Assembly: GCA_963843575.1 (NCBI GenBank)
Contig: CAWJKZ010000014.1
Location: 576,001-640,000 of the forward strand
Reading direction: 5' to 3'
DNA from: an uncultured Acidobacteriota bacterium
GTDB taxonomy: Bacteria; Acidobacteriota; UBA6911
Length of the DNA stretch: 64,000 bases
Part shown: in pieces, positions 19,717 to 30,077 of the stretch
Layout: every line of letters begins with the position of its first letter
Position numbering within the stretch: position 1 is the stretch's first letter
Notes under the pieces: model-generated
Databases searched by the model: none
What the model saw: the letters and a program-made list of their open reading frames with translations, nothing else
What the model was told of the DNA's origin: nothing
Made by a program: the position numbers and the translations under genes

Positions 19717-22620
19717 ATGAAAATCCCAGCCTGCAGCCCGATGGTCGTTTCCTTGCTCGGTTCCCTACTGGCCGTCGCGCTCTTATCTTGTCCGGGATCG
19801 GGTGCCCAGACCTCACGGGCACGGCTCCGGGAACCCGCTCCCCTGCTCGAACCGGACAAGGCGTGGGTGGCTGAGAAGCTGAGCCGCATGTCGCTCCGCG
19901 ACAAGGTCGCGCAGCTCGTGCAGGTGCGTGCATTCGGGAAGTTCATGAATGCCTCCAGCCCCGAGTTCGACCAGCTCGCGGGCGAGGTGCGTCGCAACCA
20001 CGTGGGCGGGGTCGTGCTGTTTGCCGGGAACGTTTATGAATCCGCAGTGTTGCTGAACAAACTCCAATCGCTCTCGCAGGTGCCGCTGCTGGTTTCGGCG
20101 GACTTTGAACGGGGCGTTTCCTTCCGCATCGCCGACACCACATCGTTCCCGTGGACGATGGCCGTCGGCGCCGCGGGTTCGGAGGAATACGCTTTCCGGC
20201 AGGGGGCCATCACCGCACGCGAAGCCCGGGCCCTCGGTGTCCACTGGGTTTTCGCCCCCGTATTGGATGTGAACAACAACCCCGACAACCCGGTCATCAA
20301 TATCCGGTCCTTCGGGGAAGACCCTGAGCTCGTGGCGCGCCTCGGCGCGGCCTTCATCCGCGGCTGCCGCGCCGGCGGAGCCCTGACCACCGCCAAGCAC
20401 TTCCCGGGACATGGGGACACGGCGACCGACACGCACATCGGCCTGGCCGTCGTGCCTTCGGATCGCGCGAGGCTCGACACCGTGGAGTTGGTCCCATTTC
20501 GGCGGGCCATCGAGGCGGGCGTCGATTCCATCATGACCGCACACGTCGCCGTGCCGCAGATCACCGGTGATGCGGACCTGCCCGCGACCCTCTCGTCACG
20601 CGTACTGACCGGTCTTTTGCGGGACTCTCTTGGGTTTGAGGGACTCGTGGTGACTGACGCGCTGGAGATGGGTGGCATTACCAGCCACTACTGGACCGGG
20701 AAGGCAGCCGTCGAGGCCCTTCGTGCCGGGGCCGACATGCTGCTGTTGCCCCCCGACGCGACCGTAGCGATCAACGAGGTCGTCCGGGCCGTGCGCCGGG
20801 GCGACATCCCCGAGGTGCAGATCAACCGTTCGGTGCGAAAAGTGCTCGCCGCCAAGACGAGGGTCGGTCTGACGGTGCGGCGCACGGTCCCGCTCGACCG
20901 CGTCGACGACCTCGTCGCCGCCCCCGACAGCCTCATGCTCGCACAGGAAGTGGCCGACCACTCGATCACCCTACTGCGGGACCAAAGGGGGCTGCTGCCG
21001 CTCAGCCCGGTCTCCCCCGCCCGGATCCTGAGCGTTGTTCTGTCCTCGGAACCGGACCCGGCGCCCGCTGGGGTCTTCCAGGTGGAACTGCGCCGGCGGT
21101 TTCCTTCGGCACGGACCGTCTCCGTCGATCCCCGCACGTCGCAGGACGCGATCTCGGATCTGCTCGGGAGCGCGCAGGGGGCGGATTTCATCGTGTGTGC
21201 AACCGTGGTGCGGGTCCTGTCGGGCAAGGGGAGCGTGGCGCTCCCCGACAACCTGCGGGTCATGCTCGAAAGGCTCATGGACTCCGGGAAGCCCCTTGTC
21301 TGGTTCGCCTTCGGCAGCCCATACGTCCTGAGGCTCTTTCCGCAAGCGGAGACCTACGCTTGCGCCTTCAGCTATGCCGACGTCTCCTACCTGGCCGCCG
21401 CCAAAGCGCTCTCGGGCGAGATCGCCATCTCGGGCCGGATGCCCGTGTCGATTCCGGGGCTGGTGCGCGTGGGCGATGGGCTGAAGGTGCCCCGGCTCGA
21501 CCTCACGCTGAAGCCCGCGGATCCGGACAGGCTCGGAGTGCCCCGGGAGGCGCTGGCGCAGGTGAAGGAGCTGCTCGTTTCCTACGTCCAGTCCAAGGCC
21601 TACCCGGGCGCCGCACTCGTCGTAGGCTACCGCGGGTCCATACTGCTCGAGGCGACAGCCGGCAGGTTCGACTATCAGCCGAAATCCAGCCCGGTCGACG
21701 CCGATACCATCTACGACGTCGCCTCCCTCTCGAAGGTCGTTGGGACGACTTCCGCCGCCATGATTCTCGTCGACGCGGGAAGACTCCGGCTGGATGCGCC
21801 CGTACAGGACTATCTGCCGGAGTTCCGTGGCCGTGACAAAGAGAAGGTCCTGGTGCAGCACCTTCTGGCCCACACATCCGGCCTGCCGGGTTTCGAGCCG
21901 TTGTACCTGAAGGCCCGGGGCTACGAGCCGATGCTCGAGGCCGTCTGCGCCACCCCGCTTCAGAGCGCACCGGGCGCGCGGACCGTCTACAGCGATCTGG
22001 GCATGATACTGCTGGGGGAAATCGTGTCGCGAGTCGCCGGCGAGCCGCTCGACCGCTTTCTCTCCGAGCGTCTGTTTGCTCCCCTGGGCATGAGGTCGAC
22101 CTTGTACAAGCCACTCAGGGCGCTTGCAGCTCGCATTCCGCCGACCGAGAAAGACGCCTGGCGCAAACGGGTCGTCCGCGGACAAGTGCACGACGAGAAT
22201 GCGTTTGCCATGGGGGGAGTGGCCGGCCACGCCGGGTTGTTTGCCAGCGCCCGCGATCTGGCGGTATTCGCCGACCTGCTCCTTCAGCGGGGCTGGTACG
22301 ATCACCGCTGGTATTTCAATCCGGGCACCGTCAAAAAGTTCACCGCATCCCCAGAAACCGGAGGGCGAGGCCTTGGATGGGGCAAACCGACTCCCTCCTC
22401 CTGGACGAGCCACGTCTTCTCCCCCGAGGCCTTCGGCCACACCGGATTCACGGGGACGGTCGTTTGGATCGATCCCGGCCGACAGCTCTTTATGGTGTTG
22501 CTCAGCAACCGCGTGTACCCATCCAGGGACAATCACCAGTTCTTCGACGAGGCCGTCGAGGCGATTGTCCGCGCGGTCATACGGGCCGTCGCGCCGGACA
22601 CGGGCTCGGCGCCTCGCTGA
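19717..22620 (+). CDS. Secreted GH3 beta-N-acetylglucosaminidase fused to a beta-lactamase-like serine hydrolase
   Basis: Signal peptide. GH3 motifs RSFGEDP, KHFPGHGDT, VTDAL. C-terminal SxxK (SLSK), YSD, GHTG. Confidence 0.9.
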   Translation: MKIPACSPMVVSLLGSLLAVALLSCPGSGAQTSRARLREPAPLLEPDKAWVAEKLSRMSLRDKVAQLVQVRAFGKFMNASSPEFDQLAGEVRRNHVGGVVLFAGNVYESAVLLNKLQSLSQVPLLVSADFERGVSFRIADTTSFPWTMAVGAAGSEEYAFRQGAITAREARALGVHWVFAPVLDVNNNPDNPVINIRSFGEDPELVARLGAAFIRGCRAGGALTTAKHFPGHGDTATDTHIGLAVVPSDRARLDTVELVPFRRAIEAGVDSIMTAHVAVPQITGDADLPATLSSRVLTGLLRDSLGFEGLVVTDALEMGGITSHYWTGKAAVEALRAGADMLLLPPDATVAINEVVRAVRRGDIPEVQINRSVRKVLAAKTRVGLTVRRTVPLDRVDDLVAAPDSLMLAQEVADHSITLLRDQRGLLPLSPVSPARILSVVLSSEPDPAPAGVFQVELRRRFPSARTVSVDPRTSQDAISDLLGSAQGADFIVCATVVRVLSGKGSVALPDNLRVMLERLMDSGKPLVWFAFGSPYVLRLFPQAETYACAFSYADVSYLAAAKALSGEIAISGRMPVSIPGLVRVGDGLKVPRLDLTLKPADPDRLGVPREALAQVKELLVSYVQSKAYPGAALVVGYRGSILLEATAGRFDYQPKSSPVDADTIYDVASLSKVVGTTSAAMILVDAGRLRLDAPVQDYLPEFRGRDKEKVLVQHLLAHTSGLPGFEPLYLKARGYEPMLEAVCATPLQSAPGARTVYSDLGMILLGEIVSRVAGEPLDRFLSERLFAPLGMRSTLYKPLRALAARIPPTEKDAWRKRVVRGQVHDENAFAMGGVAGHAGLFASARDLAVFADLLLQRGWYDHRWYFNPGTVKKFTASPETGGRGLGWGKPTPSSWTSHVFSPEAFGHTGFTGTVVWIDPGRQLFMVLLSNRVYPSRDNHQFFDEAVEAIVRAVIRAVAPDTGSAPR

Positions 22621-22649
22621 GAGTCGAAGGCACCCCGAGGAGACGCGCC

Positions 22650-25197
22650 ATCCGTATCCCAGAGCTGGAGCCGCTGCCGATCGACCCGCTGCTTCCCGAG
22701 GCCGTCGAGTCGCTTCGCAACCACAACAACCTGGTGCTGTCGGCCCCTGCGGGGGCCGGCAAGACGACGCGGTTGCCGCGCGCCCTTCACGAGGCGGGAT
22801 TTTGCCTCCGGGGAGAAGTCGTCGTCCTCGAACCCAGAAGGCTGGCGACGCGGCTGGCCGCCACTCGCGTGGCGGAGGAATCCGGGGAGAAGATCGGCCA
22901 AACGGTCGGGTACACGGTACGGTTCGAGAAGATCGACAGCCCGGACACCCGCATCCGGTTCGTCACCGAGGGGATCCTGACCCGAAAGATCGTCCGGGCC
23001 CCGCGGCTGGACGGGATCTCCGCAGTCGTGCTCGATGAATTCCACGAGCGTCACCTGGCAACGGACCTCAGCCTGGCGCTGTTGCGGCACATCCAGCGAA
23101 CCTGCAGACCCGACCTGCGCCTGGTAGTGATGTCCGCCACGCTGGACACCGGCCCAGTCGCCCGCTTCCTTGGAGATGCGCCGGTGCTGGTCGGCGAGGG
23201 GATTCGGTTCCCGACCGAGATCGAGTATGCCGACAGGGTTTCCGAACGCCCGCTACACGAAAAGGTGCGCGCCGCGGTGGCCTCGGTCCTGCACGGAGGA
23301 ACCGCGGGCGATATTCTGGTCTTCGTCCCGGGCGCGGCTGAAATCCGCCAGGCAGCCGCAATCCTGCACTCGCTCGCCGCGGAACACGGCCGTGTCGTGG
23401 TTGCGCTGCACGGCGACCTGCCGCCTGCCGAACAGGCGCGTGCCGTGCGAAAAATGGACCGCGGCAAGATAGTCCTCTCCACGAATGTCGCTGAAAGTTC
23501 CGTGACGATCCCGGGGGTCACCGTCGTGCTGGACTCGGGCTTGGCCCGGGTGGCGGGCCACTCTTCCTGGAGCGGGCTTCCCACCACGGCCATCCGAAAG
23601 ATCAGCAAGGCTTCCGCGGCGCAGCGGGCCGGGCGCGCGTCGCGCCAGCAGCCGGGCCTCGTGGTCCGGCTCTACACCCGGGCCGATTTCGAATCCCGGC
23701 CGGAATTCGACGTTCCCGAAATAAAACGGGCCGATCTCAGCGAAGCCCTCCTGACGCTGCACGGCGCCGGCGTGAGGGACGTGAACGGTTTTGCCTGGTT
23801 CGAGTCCCCCACGGCCGCAGCCCTGGAACACGCGCGCAACCTCCTGCGCCGGCTCGGGGCCCTCGGCGATTCGGGAGAGCTGAGCCACGACGGGCGGAGA
23901 ATGCTCGCCTTCCCGCTCCACCCAAGGCAATCGCGGCTGATAATCGAAGGGGAGCGAGCGGGGGTGGCCGGCGACGCCTGCCTGCTGGCGGCCCTGCTGT
24001 CGGAACGGGACATCCGGCTCGGAACACGCACGGGCCTCACACCTGGGGCGGGGAGAACCGGATTCCGCACTTCCGGCCACTCCGACCTTATCGAGATGGC
24101 CGAACGCTTCGCCGAGGCCGAGGACGCCGGACTTCTGCCCGGGCGCCTGCTGGAAATGGGGCTGGAACCGCGGGCGGCGGAGCGTGTCGCCAGAGCCCGC
24201 CGCCAGCTGGTGCGCCTGGCGCACGACAGGTCGAGGCCCCCGGGCACCCCCGAGGACAGGGAGGAGGCGCTGCGCATCGCCACCCTGACTGGCTTTCCCG
24301 ACCGCGTAGCCCGCTGCCGCGCGCGCGGCTCCCGGGTGTTCCTCCTCGCAGGGGGCGGCGAGGCGGCCCTTTCGGACGCGAGCGTCGTACACCACGCGGA
24401 TCTGGTCGTCGCGGTCGATGCTGAGGAGAGGAGCTCAAGCGATCCGCGCGACGCCGCGGTCCTGATCCGGGTCGCCTCCGCCATCGAGCCCGAATGGCTG
24501 GCGGCCCTGTTCCCCGGCAGACGTCGTCGAGGAACGGCAGCTCGTGTGGAACCCCGAAGCGGGCCGGGTGGACGAAGTGCGGCGTACCCGCTACGACCAG
24601 GTGACCCTCGAGCAACGCGCCCTGCCCGCTTCCGCAACCGATGAAGCGAGCCGCGTCCTGGCCGCCTGCGTTCTCGATGGACGCCTGTCGGTCTTCCCCG
24701 ACGCCGACGCGGTTCCCGCGTTGCAGGCCCGGGCCGCCCTGCTCGCAAATCTTCCAGGTGACTTCCCGAAACTCAGCCAGGAGTCGGTCTCGGCCGCGGT
24801 GCAACGCCTGTCCGCCGGTCGCCAGAGCCTGGCCGAGCTCAAACCGCTGTCCCTGACCACGGCACTGCTGGAGGGCCTATCGCCCAGCCAGAGGGAGGCA
24901 CTGCGTCGCGAAGCGCCGGAGAAAATTCAGTTCCCCTCGGGCCGAACTGTAAAGGTCCACTACGAGGCGGGCAAGCCACCCTGGATCGCTACCCGGTTGC
25001 AGGATTTCATTGGGATGACCGAGACCCCGAGGATCTGCTCCGGCCGGGTCGCACTCGTGGCGCACCTGCTTGCACCCAACGGCCGCCCCGTGCAGGTCAC
25101 CCAGGACCTGACCGGCTTCTGGCAGAAGCACTACCCGGCGCTGCGCCGCCAGCTGCAACGCCGCTACCCGCGGCATGCGTGGCCCGATCTTCCATGA
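22650..25197 (+). CDS. hrpB: ATP-dependent helicase HrpB with one apparent +1 frameshift near 24515
   Basis: GAGKTT, DEFHER, MSAT, QRAGRA, HrpB C-terminus LLAPNGRPVQVTQDL..FW..YP. Start uncertain: ATC at 22650 follows GAGGAG. Confidence 0.88.
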
Positions 25198-25267
25198 GAA
25201 CGGACCACATCCGCGGTTCGGGGAATGTGCCGGCCGTGGTAGCCTTTTGTTGTTTGAGGACTCGGAC

Positions 25268-25801
25268 ATGCTGCAAGCCTTCGGCGGTAAATTCCCTGAC
25301 GTGGCCGCTTCGGCATTGGTCCTTGACAGCGCCGTGGTGATCGGCGACGTGGCCGTGGGGGAGGAATCGAGTATCTGGTTTCACACCGTGGTTCGGGGCG
25401 ACATTCACTCGATCACGATAGGCCGCCGCACCAACATCCAGGACCTGTCGGTCCTGCACGTCAGGCGCGACGAGGGTCCCGTCGTCGTCGGCGACGGGGT
25501 GACCGTTGGGCACCGCGCCGTCCTGCACGCGTGCCGGGTGGCCGACAGCGTGCTCGTCGGCATCGGGGCTATTATCCTGGACGGGGTGGAAATCGGCAGC
25601 CGGTGCGTCGTCGCCGCCGGCGCCCTGGTTCCTCCTGGACGCATCATCCCTCCGGGGTCGTTCGTGCTGGGCTCCCCGGCGCGCGTGGTGCGCCGCGTTA
25701 CCGAGGGTGAGATCGACTGGATACGCGATTCCGCCGACCGTTACGTGCAGTATGCACGGCAGTACCGGGCTCAATCCGGAACCGCGGCTATCGCGAGGTG
25801 A
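25268..25801 (+). CDS. Gamma-carbonic-anhydrase family (YrdA-like) hexapeptide-repeat protein
   Basis: VIGDV, RGD, NIQDLSVLH, VGHRAVLHAC. Confidence 0.92.
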   Translation: MLQAFGGKFPDVAASALVLDSAVVIGDVAVGEESSIWFHTVVRGDIHSITIGRRTNIQDLSVLHVRRDEGPVVVGDGVTVGHRAVLHACRVADSVLVGIGAIILDGVEIGSRCVVAAGALVPPGRIIPPGSFVLGSPARVVRRVTEGEIDWIRDSADRYVQYARQYRAQSGTAAIAR

Positions 25802-25805
25802 ACGA

Positions 25806-26270
25806 GTGGGACGCCGGGAGATTTCGGCTGGATGTGTCGTCTTCAGGATCACACCGAGCGGCACCGAGGTCGTGCTGACGCGCCCGCGCGGCCGGAACGC
25901 CTGGGCTTTGCCCAAAGGGCTCCTGGAGCCCGGCGAGCGGCCCGAGCATACAGCCATGCGCGAAGCTGCCGAGGAAACCGGCTACACCGGCGTCCTCCAA
26001 GGCCGGATCGACACCATCAAGTACAGCTACACCGCGGCATGGGAGAACCCACCGGTGAGCGTGTTCAAGATCGTCACCTTCTACCTGATGGAACATACGG
26101 GAGGCGACAGTGCCGACCACGATCGCGAGGTGGAGGAGGTGGCGTGGTTTTCGCTGGAGGAGGCCATCCGCAAAGCCACTTATCCCACCGAGAAGGGCAT
26201 TCTGAGGAAGGCGCGGGAGATGATCGGCAGCGAAGCGGGCAGCCAATGGAAACCCTCCCCCCGCGCGTGA
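25806..26270 (+). CDS. NUDIX hydrolase
   Basis: Nudix box GLLEPGERPEHTAMREAAEETG, SAGCVV, WALPKG. Confidence 0.9.
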   Translation: MGRREISAGCVVFRITPSGTEVVLTRPRGRNAWALPKGLLEPGERPEHTAMREAAEETGYTGVLQGRIDTIKYSYTAAWENPPVSVFKIVTFYLMEHTGGDSADHDREVEEVAWFSLEEAIRKATYPTEKGILRKAREMIGSEAGSQWKPSPRA

Positions 26271-26314
26271 CGGTTCAGGCGACCCATGCTCGAATACCCT
26301 GTGACGGGAGTTCA

Positions 26315-26914
26315 ATGATGCAACTGGACCACATCGCGCTGGAAGGGCGCCGGGTGCGGCTCCTACCCATGGCGCTGGAACACCTCGACGCGCTCTGCGC
26401 CGTCGGCCTCGATCCGGAGCTCTGGCGCTGGACCACCGCAGCCGTCCTAACCTGGGATGATATGAGGGGGTACATCGACGAAGCACTGGCTTGCGGGTCC
26501 GCAGGCACCACGCTCCCTTACGTCACCCTCGATCGGGCGTCGGGCACCATCGTGGGCAGCACGCGCTTCGGCAACATCGACAGGACGAACCGGCGATACG
26601 AAATCGGCTGGACGTGGGTTGCCTCACCCTGGCAACGCAGCCATGTGAACACGGAAGCCAAGTACCTGATGCTGCGGCACGCGTTCGAGACGCTGGGCAG
26701 CATCCGGGTCGAGTTCAAGACCGACTCGCTCAACCAGCGTTCGCGGGCCGCTCTCTGTCGTCTCGGCGCCAGGGAGGAGGGTACGCTGCGCAACCACATG
26801 ATCACGGCAACCGGGCGCTATCGCCATTCGGTCTACTACAGCATCATCGATTCAGAGTGGCCGGCGGTGCGGACCGCGATCGAAATGCAGCAGGGCTGGC
26901 ACACCGGGGACTGA
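26315..26914 (+). CDS. GNAT N-acetyltransferase, RimJ/RimL type
   Basis: EIGWTW, NTEAKYLML, NQRSRAAL..LGA..EG.LR.H. Confidence 0.9.
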   Translation: MMQLDHIALEGRRVRLLPMALEHLDALCAVGLDPELWRWTTAAVLTWDDMRGYIDEALACGSAGTTLPYVTLDRASGTIVGSTRFGNIDRTNRRYEIGWTWVASPWQRSHVNTEAKYLMLRHAFETLGSIRVEFKTDSLNQRSRAALCRLGAREEGTLRNHMITATGRYRHSVYYSIIDSEWPAVRTAIEMQQGWHTGD

Positions 26915-26927
26915 GGGCAGCGGCAAT

Positions 26928-27161
26928 GGTCTGTCACAGAAGAACAGACCCACTTTGTCGCGAGCGCCGGGCGGGCAGATGCAAGGCGCCGCGACGCAGG
27001 CGATGTGGGGATGTCGTCGAGGAGCGGCAACGCCGCAGATGCCCGCCCGCTGACTGAGTTGCTCGCTCCTTACATACCACCCCGGGTATGCTCGTCGCTC
27101 GCGCCTTGTCAGCGGGCCTGGGGGCCTGCAGCAAAGTGGACCTGTTATTCTGTGACAGACC
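26928..27161. mobile_element. MITE-like non-autonomous element (~234 bp)
   Basis: 30-bp terminal inverted repeats GGTCTGTCACAGAAGAACAGACCCACTTTG / CAAAGTGGACCTGTTATTCTGTGACAGACC (27/30 identical). No convincing internal CDS. Lies between convergent genes. Confidence 0.75.
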
Positions 27162-28067
27162 CTAACCGCGCAGCCGTCCCTCGAGTCTGCGCACGCACGC
27201 CATGGTCTCGCGCGCGATTGTCTCCGCGCCCGGCTTGAAGTCGAAAACTTCCGCCGATATCCAGTTGTTGTACTTGAGTTCCGCCAGGACCTTGAGGACG
27301 GGGAGGAAGTTCAGGTCGCCCGCGCCGGGATAGCGGCCGTCCATCTCATTGATGTGCACATGGCGGATGAAACGGAAGTCCCGCCTGACGATGACCTCCA
27401 TCGGCTCGGTTTCGTCCAGGGTATTGTGGAAGTCGAACATCGTCTGGATGGCGGGATGGCCGACCTCTTTGACCATCCGGACGGCCTCTGCGAGCGTGTT
27501 GACGACGTCGGTGTCCTTCCGCGGGAGCGACTCGATCAGGATGGTCGCCTTGCGATCGGCAGCGTGCGCCGCCACCGACGCAAGCCCCTGGGCGAAATTG
27601 CGCCGGGCCTCTGCCGCGGTGTTTCCCTGCGAACCCCGCTGCTGCGGCGAGCCAAAGACCATGATCCCCCCTCCCATGTCGCCACAGAAATCGATCAGCT
27701 TCAAGACATAATCCCAGGTCTTGCGCCGCAGGGACGGGTCCGCCGTGGTTGCGTGCAGCCCTTTGGGGGTGAGGAGAAGCCAGTGCAGGCCGGCGAATCT
27801 GAGCCCCTCGGACCTCAGGATGTCGACGAGCTCGCGCCTGCGCGCGGGAGTGATTTCGTCGAGGTGCTCCGCAAGGGTGAATGGGGCGATTTCCAGGCCG
27901 GAGAATCCTGCGGCCTTGGTGGTCCGGCAGGCTGCGGCGAAATCCGCCTTCTGGAAGACCTCGTTGCAGAGCGCGTACTTGAACCGCAATCCCGCCCCCC
28001 CGGCCTGTCGCATAAGGCTGGTCCACAGCGGCAAGGCTGCCGCTCCGAGAAAGGTTCGTCTATCCAT
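27162..28067 (-). CDS. Tat-exported sugar phosphate isomerase/epimerase (xylose-isomerase-like TIM barrel)
   Basis: MDRRTFL twin-arginine signal. Metal ligands in IESL, DFHN, HVHINE, SAEVF. Confidence 0.88.
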   Translation of the reverse strand: MDRRTFLGAAALPLWTSLMRQAGGAGLRFKYALCNEVFQKADFAAACRTTKAAGFSGLEIAPFTLAEHLDEITPARRRELVDILRSEGLRFAGLHWLLLTPKGLHATTADPSLRRKTWDYVLKLIDFCGDMGGGIMVFGSPQQRGSQGNTAAEARRNFAQGLASVAAHAADRKATILIESLPRKDTDVVNTLAEAVRMVKEVGHPAIQTMFDFHNTLDETEPMEVIVRRDFRFIRHVHINEMDGRYPGAGDLNFLPVLKVLAELKYNNWISAEVFDFKPGAETIARETMACVRRLEGRLRG

Positions 28068-28206
28068 GTGATCCTCCGGCTAAGTCTTATTGCGACCGAC
28101 GCGGGAGTCAACGGAAAACGACCACGGGTTTTGGAGGCTGTCCAAAGGTTAGTCCTGGGGTAATCCGCTTGGGTGGCGGCGTCCGGCCAGCGCACTGCGC
28201 AATTCC

Positions 28207-28235
28207 GTGTGGCGCCGAGGCGCCGCACTCCAAAA
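28207..28235. repeat. REP-like palindromic unit
   Basis: GTGTGGCGC-CGAG-GCGCCGCAC hairpin with a TCCAAAA tail. Single copy in this window. Confidence 0.35.
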
Positions 28236-28306
28236 CGCTGGTGGATGGCACGCCGATTGCATGGTTAGGCCCACGCGGTACCCCGTCCGGAAAGAGAGGA
28301 ATTGTG

Positions 28307-28660
28307 ATGCGGATTGCTGGTGCGATGTTTCTGGCAGCCCTGGGGCTATTACTGACACAAGCCGGTGCCCAACCCGCGCCGAAGGGGGCGGTGCGCACCG
28401 GATATACGATCAGGATTTCGGAAATGGCAAACGACCTGGCGGTCTTCGAAGTTTTCCTCCCCCCGGCCGAGGCAAACCGCAAAAGTCTCGTCCACAAGGT
28501 GATCGACGATTCGGGGGTTACGGTTGCGACGGAGAAGTTCGGGACGGCCAACGGTCACTACAAAGTCGCCATGGTGGGGTCCTTCTTCGCCGGCCGCGCC
28601 TACAGGCTCGTCATCGACGGAAAATACGAACTCAAATTCGTCTTTGATCCCAGCAGCTGA
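28307..28660 (+). CDS. Small secreted hypothetical protein (beta-rich)
   Basis: GAGGA SD, signal peptide MRIAGAMFLAALGLLLTQAGA. Confidence 0.75.
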   Translation: MRIAGAMFLAALGLLLTQAGAQPAPKGAVRTGYTIRISEMANDLAVFEVFLPPAEANRKSLVHKVIDDSGVTVATEKFGTANGHYKVAMVGSFFAGRAYRLVIDGKYELKFVFDPSS

Positions 28661-28767
28661 AGCCCTTCAGATCAGCGTGCCGGCCGTGCACGCGGATTGG
28701 CCGTCATCGGCCGAACGGATAAGCGCCGCAACCTCCAGACCCGAAGAGTATGATAGGTTTTGTGATG

Positions 28768-29295
28768 ATGCCCAAACCTGCCGGGAATCGCGAACTCGCG
28801 TCCACCCAAGATCTGGCGAGGATCCGGCGCTGGAGCTATTTGCTCGACAGAGTATTCCGGGTGCCAGGTACCCGAATCCGGTTCGGCTGGGATTCCATCG
28901 TCGGCCTAGTGCCAGGCGTCGGGGACGCAGTCACGGCGCTCGTTTCCCTTTTCCTCCTCGTGCAGGCCTTCCGTATACGGATCCCAGGCATTGTCAGGGC
29001 CCGCATGTTCATATATGTCATCGTCGACGTCACGATCGGCGCGATTCCCCTGCTCGGAGACCTTTTCGATCTCATCTGGAAGGCCAACACGCGCAACCTG
29101 GAACTCCTGGAACGGCACGCTAGCGGCAGCGCGGAACCGACGACCGCCGACTGGATCTTCGTCGCAGGCAGCGCCGCAATCGTCGTGATGATCGTGATCC
29201 TGCCGTTTTACGCCCTGGCTGCACTGCTGGACTCCCAGCTACCGGGGTGGGTTCCGCCGATCTCGTGGCGGCTTCTGCTCGGGGCGGCCGGCTAG
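28768..29295 (+). CDS. DUF4112 family membrane protein
   Basis: LLDRVFRVPGTRIRFGWDSIVGLVPGVGD, GDLFD..WKAN.RN. Confidence 0.88.
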   Translation: MPKPAGNRELASTQDLARIRRWSYLLDRVFRVPGTRIRFGWDSIVGLVPGVGDAVTALVSLFLLVQAFRIRIPGIVRARMFIYVIVDVTIGAIPLLGDLFDLIWKANTRNLELLERHASGSAEPTTADWIFVAGSAAIVVMIVILPFYALAALLDSQLPGWVPPISWRLLLGAAG

Positions 29296-29526
29296 CAGCT
29301 AGCGCTATCGCGAGACTCAAGACACGGCGCAGGATACCCCTCAAGCCGACTTCTTTCTCAGAAGTTCGCCGAAGCGCCGCGTTCCATGACCCCCGAAGCA
29401 CAGGGTTTGGCCAACATCGTACCAGCCATCGGGTAATAATTCCCCTCTGGGGCCCGCCCGGTTGAGAAAGACCGGTCGCTGCTTCCCTGGAATTCTCCAG
29501 ATTCTCAGCTGCGCAGGACCTTGACC

Positions 29527-29570
29527 CGGTTGAGGGCGGCGCCCGGCCGACCGGGCGCCGCCCTCAACCG
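29527..29570. terminator. Perfect 20-bp GC-rich hairpin, probable terminator or 3' stabiliser
   Basis: CGGTTGAGGGCGGCGCCCGG-CCGA-CCGGGCGCCGCCCTCAACCG immediately after the DUF2934 stop. No U-tract. Confidence 0.7.
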
Positions 29571-29571
29571 A

Positions 29572-29952
29572 TCATCCCCGCTCGCCCCGTATCTCCCGTT
29601 CTGCCCTGTACCAATCCTCCTCGGGAGAACCAACCTGCCTGCCGCGCGCTTCCCACATCGAGTAGGCCAGCAGTGCTATGCGTTCCTGCTCGGAGGTTTC
29701 GCTGCGGTCCTGCCTTACGGCCTCACGCGTCGGTTGGGGAGCCCGCTTGCTGGAAGGACGCTCAGCGGGCTGAGGCGCAGCGGCTTCGTTCGCGGCCACG
29801 ACTTGCGCGGAGTCAACACCATCCAGACGCGCCCCCTTCCCTGCCGAGCTGCTGCCGGCGCCCTTTCGGCTCCGGATCCTGCGGGAAGAACCCTCTCCAG
29901 GAACTTCGGACAGGGGAACTGGTGTGGATGTGCTTTTACGCTTCGTAGCCAT
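29572..29952 (-). CDS. DUF2934 domain protein with disordered basic N-terminus
   Basis: C-terminal RIALLAYSMWEARGRQVGSPEEDWYRAE. Confidence 0.85.
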   Translation of the reverse strand: MATKRKSTSTPVPLSEVPGEGSSRRIRSRKGAGSSSAGKGARLDGVDSAQVVAANEAAAPQPAERPSSKRAPQPTREAVRQDRSETSEQERIALLAYSMWEARGRQVGSPEEDWYRAEREIRGERG

Positions 29953-30077
29953 TTGGGGACCCCTTTCATTGAAACGAATTGTTACGGACGAACGAAAGTT
30001 GCCAAAATCGCGGCCCCGGTTCAAGAGGGATATGCGGCAGAACCCTTCGACGGCCCGCACTGGTCACCGTAACCCGG

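Noticed and set aside
21500-22620. Antibiotic-resistance beta-lactamase
   Set aside because: The domain is fused to a GH3 enzyme, which fits peptidoglycan recycling better.
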